DNA of 7,651 nt from Octopus sinensis (lineage: Eukaryota), in assembly GCF_006345805.1 (NCBI RefSeq), contig NW_021828823.1, forward strand, positions 1-7,651. The letters are read 5' to 3'. The translations under genes and the position numbers were made by a program. This document shows positions 1-7,628 of this stretch, one piece after another (the first letter of the stretch is position 1; each line of letters begins with the position of its first letter). The notes below the pieces were generated by a model. That model saw only the letters and a program-made list of their open reading frames with translations. It was not told the DNA's origin and ran no database searches.

Positions 1-293
1 TATGTATGTATGTGTGTGTGTATGTTATGTATGTTGTATGTATGCATGTGTGTATGTAAGTAGCATGTATGTATGTGAGGGGATGATGGATGCATGTATG
101 TATGTATGTATGTTTATGTATGTATGCATGTATGCATGTATGTATGCATGTATGTATGTATGTATGTATAATGTATGTATGTGTGAATATATGGTATGCA
201 TGTATGCATGTATGTATGTAATGTTTATGTGTGTATGTATGTATGTATGTATGTATGTATGTATGTATGAGTGTATGAATGTATATATGTATG

Positions 294-327
<34 letters not shown>

Positions 328-410
328 TGTATGTATGAATGTATGTATGTATATATGTATGTATACATATATATGCATGTAAGTACGTTATGTATGTATG
401 TATGTATATA
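1..410. repeat. Imperfect (TATG)n tetranucleotide microsatellite
   Basis: Long runs of tatg/catg/tgtg read directly; the MYVC/HTYI-type ORFs are translations of this repeat. Confidence 0.97.
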
Positions 411-588
411 TCGAGATGGATAGATACATACCATGTGCGTGTAGATATGCATGTTCCTTTATATATGATTATATATAGGTGTGTATGCATGCATATACAC
501 TTCTGAATTTATGTGTGTGTGTATATGTATATACATGTATGTGTAAAGAAATATAACATATGCCCATATATGTATATAAGTATATCTA

Positions 589-678
<90 letters not shown>
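589..678. repeat. (TATC)n = (GATA)n microsatellite
   Basis: Near-perfect tctatctatc run with one interruption near 625. Confidence 0.97.
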
Positions 679-965
679 AATATATGTAATATATATATAC
701 ATACATCCTATGCATATACACACATGTATACACAGGCACCCACACCATTCACGCACGCACGCTACGCACAAACACGCGCACACATACATACACGCATGCG
801 CACGTGTGCATGCGCGCTACGATTGTACGTCTGCGTGTGTCTGTAGTAGGTAGATATACGGCGACATAGATAAATACAAACACGCGCGAACATAAGATCA
901 TGTTTGTACATCGATTCCACATTAACAAATTTTGTAATCGGAGTGGTTTCTTTATTTTTTATTAC

Positions 966-991
966 ATACACCAACACACACACACACCACA

Positions 992-1056
<65 letters not shown>
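966..1056. repeat. Interrupted (CA)n microsatellite followed by short (TA)n
   Basis: Direct reading; CA run with a few CCA interruptions. Confidence 0.96.
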
Positions 1057-1057
<1 letters not shown>

Positions 1058-1086
1058 TATACACATGCGTATATTTATCTATTTAC

Positions 1087-1145
1087 CTGTTTTTCAGAGA
1101 AGTAAATCTTAGAATAACATTGATCATTCTACCACTCTGAGCTAT
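1087..1145 (-). CDS. Possible isolated 59-nt internal exon (IAQSGRMINVILRFTSLKN + 2 nt), product unknown
   Basis: Minus strand: pyrimidine-rich acceptor GTTCCATTTTACACTCGTAG| before 1145 and donor CAG|GTAAAT after 1087. One of three frames is open and contains an ATG (AGAATGA). It is a unique-sequence island between microsatellites. No homology recognised. Confidence 0.33.
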
Positions 1146-1277
1146 CTACGAGTGTAAAATGGAACATCAACGGCATAAAATCCTTAATATATCGAACTGT
1201 AACCTTTTGTTTCTTTTTCTTTTTCTTTTATATTTTTATTCTTTATCCTGTTCTTGTTACTTTTTAAGTTGCTTCTG

Positions 1278-1278
<1 letters not shown>

Positions 1279-1308
<30 letters not shown>

Positions 1309-1329
1309 GCGTGTTGGGTGTTGTCTTTT

Positions 1330-1361
<32 letters not shown>

Positions 1362-1430
1362 TGTATGTATACACACCACACACACACACACACACACACA
1401 CACACCGCACACACACACAGACACACACGC
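1279..1430. repeat. Compound microsatellite (GTCT)n, (TATG)n, (CA)n
   Basis: Direct reading: 1279-1308 GTCT; ~1333-1370 TATG; ~1371-1428 CA. Confidence 0.96.
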
Positions 1431-1494
1431 ATCGAATATGCCTTGTATTTGTGATGAGTTTGTATTTCTACTGATTATACATTATACATCCACA

Positions 1495-2020
1495 TAATTA
1501 TATATTTATATATATATAGTATATATACATAATACATAATATAATATATATATATATACAACACAACATACATACATGCATATATATATACACATACATA
1601 CATACATACATACATACATACATACATACATACTCATACATACATATATATATATACACATACATACATACATACATACATACACAATATATTATATATA
1701 TATACACACATACAGACATACATACATACATACATACATGCATATCTATATATATAACATATACATACATACATATATATATATATAATACAACACATAC
1801 ATACATGCATATATATAGATATACACATACATACATACATACATATAATATATATATATACACATACAATACATACATAATATATATATATATATATATA
1901 CATATAGATACATTATATATGTACATATATTTACCTACATATACACTCATATACATGTTTGTATGTGTGAGTGTATATGTACTTATATATATATATACAT
2001 CTTGTTTATAGGTGTATATA

Positions 2021-2063
<43 letters not shown>
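1495..2063. repeat. Large compound AT-rich microsatellite block (TA)n/(CATA)n
   Basis: Alternating (TA)n and (CATA)n tracts with few unique bases. Confidence 0.96.
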
Positions 2064-2066
<3 letters not shown>

Positions 2067-2118
2067 CTTCTTCCTGATGATTTCTCTTGAATGAACAGTT
2101 CTAGTCCTGTAGAAGCTC
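2064..2118 (+). ncRNA. Degenerate type-I hammerhead ribozyme motif (Penelope-like element/retrozyme type)
   Basis: Elements occur in canonical order. Stem I 5' strand (GAG)CTTC 2064-2073; CTGATGA 2074-2080; stem II TTC(2082-84)/GAA(2089-91) with TCTT loop and a U.U closing position; GAA 2093-95 (one A short of GAAA); stem III ACAG(2095-98)/CTGT(2107-10); cleavage triplet GTA 2109-11; stem I 3' strand GAAG(CTC) 2112-18. Confidence 0.68.
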
Positions 2119-2122
2119 CTTC

Positions 2123-2123
<1 letters not shown>

Positions 2124-2192
<69 letters not shown>

Positions 2193-2262
2193 GTACACCT
2201 ATATAGACACACATATATACATAACTGTAGTGTAAATAGACACACACACACACACATATATA
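2124..2262. repeat. (TA)n tract and short (CA)n/(TA)n
   Basis: Direct reading. Confidence 0.95.
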
Positions 2263-2460
2263 TATCACCATCTCTATCCACCTCATCACACTCACCTGTC
2301 TCTAAATAACTTTCTCCGTCTTTCTCCCTGCCACTTCCCCCGCCCCTCCTTACATACTCCTTCTAACTGTCCGTTCATCTGTCTCCCCGTCTCCTCGCAC
2401 CCCTCTCTCCCTCTGTAATGATTGTGCCAATGTAATTGTTTGTCTAATTGCGCTTTCACA

Positions 2461-2700
2461 GTAAGTTCGCGGTTATAATCGTTTGTTGGTTCGATTGTTA
2501 TTTTCCGTGAGGTTTCTGTTTATATGTGTGAGAAAGCAAACGTTTCGAGTGAGGTTCGTAGGAGGTTGTCGCGGTTGGCAGTGGAGGTGGTGGCGTTAGG
2601 CGATATACAGTGACCTGCGGGTGAAAGGATTGACGTTTCGCGTTTCGAAAACCAGCACTGCATTGCGCTTCTAGAAAAAGGCCTATATTACACACCAATA
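2461..2700. promoter_or_regulatory. Locally CpG-rich unique segment, possible promoter-proximal region
   Basis: About 18 CpG in 240 bp by manual count. Minus-strand TATAAA at 2524-2519 and a perfect CAG|GTGAGT donor downstream on the minus strand at 2296. Could equally be a repeat fragment. Confidence 0.2.
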
Positions 2701-2974
2701 CATTGGGATCTCCGAAAGATATTTGGCAAGGCAGAACTAAAGCGATATTGGGCCCTGAGAGGTAGTGGTCCTCTGAATTTCAAAGCCCTCTCATTTTTTT
2801 CCTTTTTTATTTTAAGGAAGGACTCGGCTAATAGTCAACGTCTTTCCGGACCCAGAGCGATGTAAAACCTAAAGATCTATGTATATACAGTATTGTTATG
2901 TTTGTTGCTGGTGTTTCCAAATGAACCCTGATTAGTCACCCCTATGAGGCTACTGGAAGAATAGAAGAGTTCTG

Positions 2975-3375
2975 AAGAGTGAAGTGTTTTAGGGAAGAAG
3001 GGTGCAGTTTTGTAGAAAAAGGTGGAATTCCGAGGGAAAAAGGTAAAACTTTGAGAGAGATAAGTGGAATTTTGAGGGACTTCTGGTGAAAAATGGGATA
3101 TTTTAGATAGAAAGACGAAGTTCTGGAAAGAAAGGTAGGGACTCTGTTGAGAAAAGTGACGTTCTGGAGAAAAAGGTGGAGTTTTGGGGGAGTTCTTGTG
3201 GGGAAGGTGAAGTTTTTAGAGACAAAACTTCTCTGTAGACAAAAGTTCTGGAGAAAAAGGTGGAGTTTTGGTGAATAAAGTGTTCTACAGAAAGGTAAAA
3301 ACCTGTAGAGAAAGGTGAAATTTTGGAGAGAAAGATGTACTTCTGTAGACAAAAGGGAAACTTTTTTTTTAGAGT
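2975..3375. repeat. Degenerate purine-rich minisatellite, ~20-21-bp unit (approx. AGAAAGGTGGAGTTCTGGAG), left part
   Basis: Recurring agaaaggtg(g/a)a...ttctg(g/t)ag units at ~21-nt spacing; explains the stop-poor minus-strand ORFs 2942-3352 and 3103-3417. Confidence 0.85.
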
Positions 3376-3376
3376 A

Positions 3377-3501
3377 GGGTAGAGTTTAGTTGAGCAGTGC
3401 TGTCTTAAGGTTTGCACACTCTGGGTAGTTGTCCAGGGGGCGGAGTTTGGTCGAAAAGTACTGTCTTAAGGTTTGGACACTCTGGGCAGCTGTCCGGGGG
3501 C
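3377..3501. repeat. 61-bp tandem duplication (2 copies)
   Basis: ctgtcttaaggtttg(c/g)acactctggg(t/c)ag(t/c)tgtcc(a/g)gggggc begins at 3400 and 3461; the upstream flanks gggtagagtttagttgag and gggcggagtttggtcgaa also align. Confidence 0.9.
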
Positions 3502-3624
3502 TTCACGAATGTAGGGACCGGCCCAATCCTGATTTATGTATGCTGTGGTTTGTTGTCAATAAATTCTATTGGGCCCAGTGCATTGAATTGCCCGGGGCCA
3601 TATAGTGCTGCTAATATGGCCATG
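3395..3624. mobile_element. Decayed non-autonomous DNA transposon (MITE), probably hAT-like
   Basis: GC-richer insert interrupting the minisatellite. Left end CAGTGCTGTCTTAA and the reverse complement of the right end CATGGCCATATTAG match a recalled CAGGGCCGTCTTAA terminus at 12/14 and 10/14, but match each other at only 8/14. Subterminal GGGCA/TGCCC lie at similar offsets. Right flank CTCTAGAG fits the NTCTAGAN hAT (Charlie/Buster) target preference. Left TSD not recognisable. Confidence 0.55.
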
Positions 3625-3800
3625 CTCTAGAGTAAGGTGGAGTTTCTGTATAAGAAATATGGTGTATTTGGAGAGAAAGGCGGGCTTTTTGGAGAGAAAG
3701 GTGGACTACCTATAAGAAAGATGGAGTTCTGTAAAGAAATGGGGGAAGTTCTGGAGAGAAAATGGATGAGAAAGGTGAAATATTTAGAGATTAAGGGTGA
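3625..3800. repeat. Same ~21-bp purine-rich minisatellite, right part
   Basis: gagagaaagg at 3671 and 3692 (period 21); further agaaag(g/a)tg units to ~3800. Confidence 0.85.
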
Positions 3801-4228
3801 GGTTGCACTTAGTAAATCCGAATAATCTACTCATCTCATCCAAGCAATTTCAGTTCTTTACCATCTTTTACTGCAACAGTGAAACACTGAGCCAACGCAG
3901 ACATTTCTATTTACAATGTTCACTCTGTTAGAAACAGCAGTGAAATTTTCTCCAGATCACACCTTGAAAAATGAAAGGATACATTGGATTGATATGTAGT
4001 CTTATATATAACTATAACGACGAGATGGTTATGGCTTCTCATATGTGAGAAAACTTATTTATTTTAAGAAACACTTCATTCTGAGTGTCATTTGAAATAC
4101 GTCTTGAATATTGTAGCTGAAAATGATTAAACTTTTTATAAGACTTTCGAAAAATGCCGAAAAATGTCCTTTACTGAAGCAAAAGAAGAAGAAAAAAGTG
4201 AAAAGGCCACCGACAGCAAAGTAAATCA

Positions 4229-4390
4229 TGTTTCAGCCATTAGACCGCGGCCATGCTGGGGCACAACCTTGAAAGGTTTAGTCGAACAAATCATCCCCAG
4301 TATTTATTCTTAAGTCTGGTATTTATTCTATCGGTGTCTTTTTGCCGATTCGCCAGGTTACAGGACATAGATAAATGGAGGCGTTGTAAG
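4229..4390 (-). mobile_element. 3' portion of a cephalopod-type SINE (family A), truncated
   Basis: TGTTTCAGCC...CATGCTGGGGCAC...GTCGAACAAATC...CCCCAG...TTATTCTATCGG...TTTTGCCGA resembles a recalled abundant octopus SINE tail. Internal support: the same tail motif recurs at 6239-6274, and a module is shared with the SINE at 6401-6452. Confidence 0.75.
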
Positions 4391-4478
4391 TTTAGCCAAT
4401 TAAATTAATAAAATAATACAATATATATAGCTATGTGTTGAGTCCTGTTTATCATGTTTGTTCTACCAAGCCTATATT

Positions 4479-4720
4479 CATACATACAAGCATAGCAACA
4501 TACATACATACATACATACATACATACATACATACATACATACATACATACAACATACATACATACATAATACTTATATATACTATATATGTATGTGTGT
4601 GTGTATACACACGTATACATGTATATCTTATGCATGTATGCTTGTATGTATATATATATATATATAATATTATTTATATATATATCCATATATACATACA
4701 TATATAAGTATATATATATG
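4479..4720. repeat. (CATA)n/(TA)n/(TG)n compound microsatellite
   Basis: Direct reading. Confidence 0.95.
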
Positions 4721-5340
4721 CATATATGGGTACAGGACGTCACAAAACGTAAACAACATGAAATACGAAGGCGAACTTGGGTGTGCGAACAACGAGAGAA
4801 ACAAATGGAAAACAAGGCAAGTAAAATAAAGTTGTCGGCTGTTCATCTAGTCCACATTTTTAGCAATTAACGACAGTATGAGGCTTCGGAAAAAAGTTGC
4901 TCCTGCACACCAAAATAAAATTTGGGATTTTGCGGAGGGTCAAAGTTGGTAACAAAAACAGGACAGTGGAGACATACAGCAAACCAAATGAAGACAAACA
5001 TGGAGGGCAGTTAGGCCAGAGGAGATAAGGTAGAAAACGCTGGAGAAATATTCTTTGGCAAGAGAAAAGGTAGGAGAGGAGACAAATAAGAATGCGTCTG
5101 GTCTGTACGACAGACTGAAGGAAAAGAACGATGATCACGTGAGGAAAAGAAAGATGGACGATGGTCCCGTGTGAGCAATGAGAGAGAGAGACAGATAGAA
5201 AACGGCGAAGGGGAGAAAAAGAATTAGAGAAAGGAAGAGAGAGTGAAAACGAAAGGGCGAGTGAGAGAGAATAGTACAGGATAGAGTCGCATCAAAATTA
5301 TTAAGATAAACTTACTTGGAAATGGATGCGTGGTGTTCAA
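4713..5340. mobile_element. Suspected interspersed repeat (possibly Penelope-associated non-coding segment), family not assigned
   Basis: Purine-rich segment starting with the 40-bp motif that recurs at 5438-5477, each copy preceded by a (CATA)n/(TA)n tract. Resembles recalled octopus repeats. No RT or endonuclease coding sequence seen. Confidence 0.35.
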
Positions 5341-5347
5341 TCATATA

Positions 5348-5407
5348 ATGATATATATATACATGTATATATACATACATACATACATACATACATACAT
5401 ACATACA

Positions 5408-5443
<36 letters not shown>

Positions 5444-5445
5444 TG
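5348..5445. repeat. (CATA)n microsatellite
   Basis: Near-perfect atacatac run. Confidence 0.96.
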
Positions 5446-5477
5446 CATATTTGGGTACAGGATGTCACAAAACGTAA
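5438..5477. repeat. 40-bp direct repeat of 4713-4752
   Basis: TATATATGCATAT(A/T)TGGGTACAGGA(C/T)GTCACAAAACGTAA, 2 mismatches in 40, offset 725. Confidence 0.92.
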
Positions 5478-5480
5478 TAT

Positions 5481-5533
5481 ACACATAATCCAGCTGCTTG
5501 TATACATTTATATAAATATGTATGATGTATGTG

Positions 5534-5565
<32 letters not shown>

Positions 5566-5576
5566 TATATATACAT

Positions 5577-5611
<35 letters not shown>

Positions 5612-5657
5612 ATATATATATACGCATATACATGTATAAAGCAGCTGCAATATGTAT
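5481..5657. other. Imperfect ~32-bp inverted repeat flanking a microsatellite core (MITE-like/foldback)
   Basis: The reverse complement of left arm 5481-5512 (TATAAATGTATACAAGCAGCTGGATTATGTGT) aligns to right arm 5627-5657 (TATACATGTATA-AAGCAGCTGCAATATGTAT) at ~27/32 with one gap. Confidence 0.6.
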
Positions 5658-6049
5658 CAATTAATGGTGCAATGTTAGTCTGCTGCGTATGATGGATGAT
5701 ATGTCTACACAAGTCCCTCTTTAGTTACGCCTCAGGCCTCTACCGAGCCGTCTCTATGACTATGAATCAGTACAACAGTGCGAGGCTCAGTAACAAATGG
5801 CCCATCAGTGATTGCAACAACCACGACCACAACCATTTGGTGAAAGCGAATTTAAGCAGAATGATAAATCTAAGCGTTCATTTTTATACATGCGTTTCTC
5901 AAGGTGTCATATGCAGATGCCGGCAAGTTTGCTTACGTGCACACGCAGACATACACACACATACATTTATATATATACACACACGGATAAATGGATTTGA
6001 AAGACAATGGGTATAAGGGAAAGTATTTTCATTGGATATTGTTAATGAA

Positions 6050-6051
<2 letters not shown>

Positions 6052-6095
<44 letters not shown>

Positions 6096-6151
6096 TATAT
6101 ATATATTGTGGTGTGTGTGTGTGTTTGTACTCACACACACACACGCACACA
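6052..6151. repeat. (TA)n, (TG)n and (CA)n microsatellites
   Basis: Direct reading. Confidence 0.95.
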
Positions 6152-6224
6152 TACAGAGTAACCACTCGCCATATCGCGGTTCAGCTATCGCGCCCTCAGT
6201 GCATCGCGGATTTTCTGGTTACTG
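6152..6224. mobile_element. pogo/Tigger-like (Tc1/mariner) terminal fragment or mini-element
   Basis: TA|CAG(AG)TAACCACTCGCCATATCGCGGTTCAGCTATCGCG...ATCGCGGATTTT resembles TA|CAGTA(A/G)TCCCTCG...ATCGCGG Tigger-type ends. Three ATCGCG subterminal repeats; GTAACCA...TGGTTAC inverted repeat. Confidence 0.55.
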
Positions 6225-6238
6225 ATTTGATTTGCTCT

Positions 6239-6277
6239 TGTTTCAGCTTATGAGCTTTGGACATGCTGGGGCACCGC
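6239..6277 (-). mobile_element. Short 3'-tail fragment of SINE family A
   Basis: Aligns with 4229-4264 at ~26/36, including TGTTTCAGC and CATGCTGGGGCAC. Confidence 0.65.
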
Positions 6278-6289
6278 GGACACCTCAGT

Positions 6290-6511
6290 CCTTGGCATAA
6301 ACGTTAGTACGCCGGGCGAAATGCTTAGCAGTATTTCATCTGCCGCTACGTTCTGAGTTCAAATTCCGCCCAGGTCGACTTTGCCTTTCATCCTCAGGGT
6401 CGATAAATTAAGTACCAGTTATGCACTGGGGTCGATATAATCGACTTAATCCCGTTGTCTGTCCTTGTTTGTCCTCTCTGTGTTTAGCCCCTTGTGAATA
6501 GTAAAGAAATA
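6290..6511 (+). mobile_element. tRNA-derived SINE (family B), near full length
   Basis: A-box-like TGGCATAAACG at 6293; B-box GTTCAAATTCC at 6357-6367; central GTCGACTTTGCCTTTCATCC...GGTCGATAAATTAAGTACCAG (recalled as Nin/Deu-like domain); A-rich end AAAGAAATA. Confidence 0.85.
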
Positions 6512-6518
6512 CAAATAC

Positions 6519-6700
6519 GTATTTCGTCTGCCGTTTCGTTCTGAGTTCAAATTCCGCCGAGGTCGACTTTGCCTTTCATCCTCAGGGTCGATAAATTAAG
6601 TACCAGTTAGGCATTGGGGTCAATATAATCGACTTAATCCATTTGTCTGTCCTTGTTTGTCCCCTCTGTGTGTAGCCTCTTGTGGGCAATAAAGAAATAA
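6519..6700 (+). mobile_element. Second, 5'-truncated tandem copy of SINE family B (lacks A box)
   Basis: Collinear with 6331-6511 at offset 188, ~16 substitutions in ~181 nt and no indels (~91% identity). Confidence 0.9.
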
Positions 6701-7161
6701 GATATTTTCTTTCTCTTGTGTTTTTCTTACCACATTAATGTCAAGTAAGCAGTTGATCTTTGCAACAGAGAATGTTTTTATTTTGTGACACCCAAACAAC
6801 AATATCAAGTCGGGTGTATTTTAATTTTCTCGGTAGTTTTATATCTGGGTTCTACTTTCTCAGTGGCAAAATCTCGAAAAAAAAAAAAAGAAGAAAAAAT
6901 TCATCTAGAATTGAATTTTATATTTTCTTTCCCAGTCTTGTACAGGTTGCTCTATCACATCGTGTCTCATGGGAAAATACGATTTTGTGAGCATTTGTTG
7001 ACAATTAGCAACACATGTGGTTAATGGCTGATATTCTGTTCTGTTCTTTTCTTGTAATATCTTGTTGTTTATTATCTGTTCTATGCAGTACAACACTTCC
7101 TTCTTTCCCCATATTGCTCATGTGTTATAACACTTAAGGGCACCATGAACGTGAGATTGAG

Positions 7162-7163
<2 letters not shown>

Positions 7164-7209
<46 letters not shown>
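7164..7209. repeat. (TA)n microsatellite
   Basis: Perfect TA run. Confidence 0.97.
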
Positions 7210-7211
<2 letters not shown>

Positions 7212-7427
7212 GCATACACAGCAATCCCAGCTGCTAACCACAAGCTATAAAATAACTTTTTTCACCTTATCGAACTTCGATATGGGAAAAATTTACAACC
7301 TTCGACGCCAATAAATCGCTCTCGTTCTTGAAAGTTGTGTTTTATAACCTTCTACGGACTGCTCGAAGCTTACAGACTTCCTACACTTTGATCCTTGGAT
7401 CTTACCGTTACACACACAGATAAATAT

Positions 7428-7461
7428 ATGTGTGTGCGTGCGCGTTTGTGTGTGTGTGTGT

Positions 7462-7502
<41 letters not shown>

Positions 7503-7560
7503 GCGTGCGCGCGTGCGTGTATGTATGTACGTGTAGCTTTGAGAGAGATAGAGAGAGAAT
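7428..7560. repeat. (TG)n/(TGCG)n/(GA)n compound microsatellite
   Basis: Direct reading. Confidence 0.93.
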
Positions 7561-7628
7561 CTGAGTTTGTGTGTACCGAAGGAGAGTTAATGAACTGAAA
7601 ATATAGATATAAAGGGAGACGGAGTAAT

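Noticed and set aside
793-814. 22-bp near-palindrome CGCATGCGCACGTGTGCATGCG
   Set aside because: Expected by chance in alternating purine-pyrimidine low-complexity DNA.
1120-1150. tRNA-like TAGCTCAGAGTGGTAGA on the minus strand
   Set aside because: No B box or cloverleaf follows.
2-2011. Many ORFs of MYVC/HTYI/YIYI/CVCV type
   Set aside because: Pure translations of tetra- and dinucleotide microsatellites with no coding signal; the same applies to ORFs at 4405-4870, 5326-5712, 5899-6165 and 7395-7598.
2530-2650. CGAAACG motifs on the minus strand as a possible hammerhead
   Set aside because: No upstream CTGANGA or matching stems.
2942-3417. 136-aa and 104-aa minus-strand ORFs
   Set aside because: Explained by the 21-bp minisatellite, whose pyrimidine-rich strand is poor in stop codons.
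4860-5138. 92-aa hydrophobic minus-strand ORF
   Set aside because: Antisense of a purine-rich suspected repeat; the Leu/Phe bias is compositional and no domain is recognised.
6385-6397. CTGAGGA-T-GAAA on the minus strand within SINE B (also in copy 2)
   Set aside because: No room for stem II and no stem I/III; it is part of the SINE body.
6331-6700. Repeat-spacer or CRISPR-like interpretation of the repeats
   Set aside because: Eukaryotic SINE units with no short repeat and unique spacer structure; no cas genes.
6945-7024. Plus-strand acceptor TTTTCTTTCCCAGTCTTGTACAG|G
   Set aside because: No strong donor and no recognisable peptide; insufficient support for an exon.
7268-7282. Palindrome TATCGAACTTCGATA
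   Set aside because: 7-bp arms with no context; compatible with chance.
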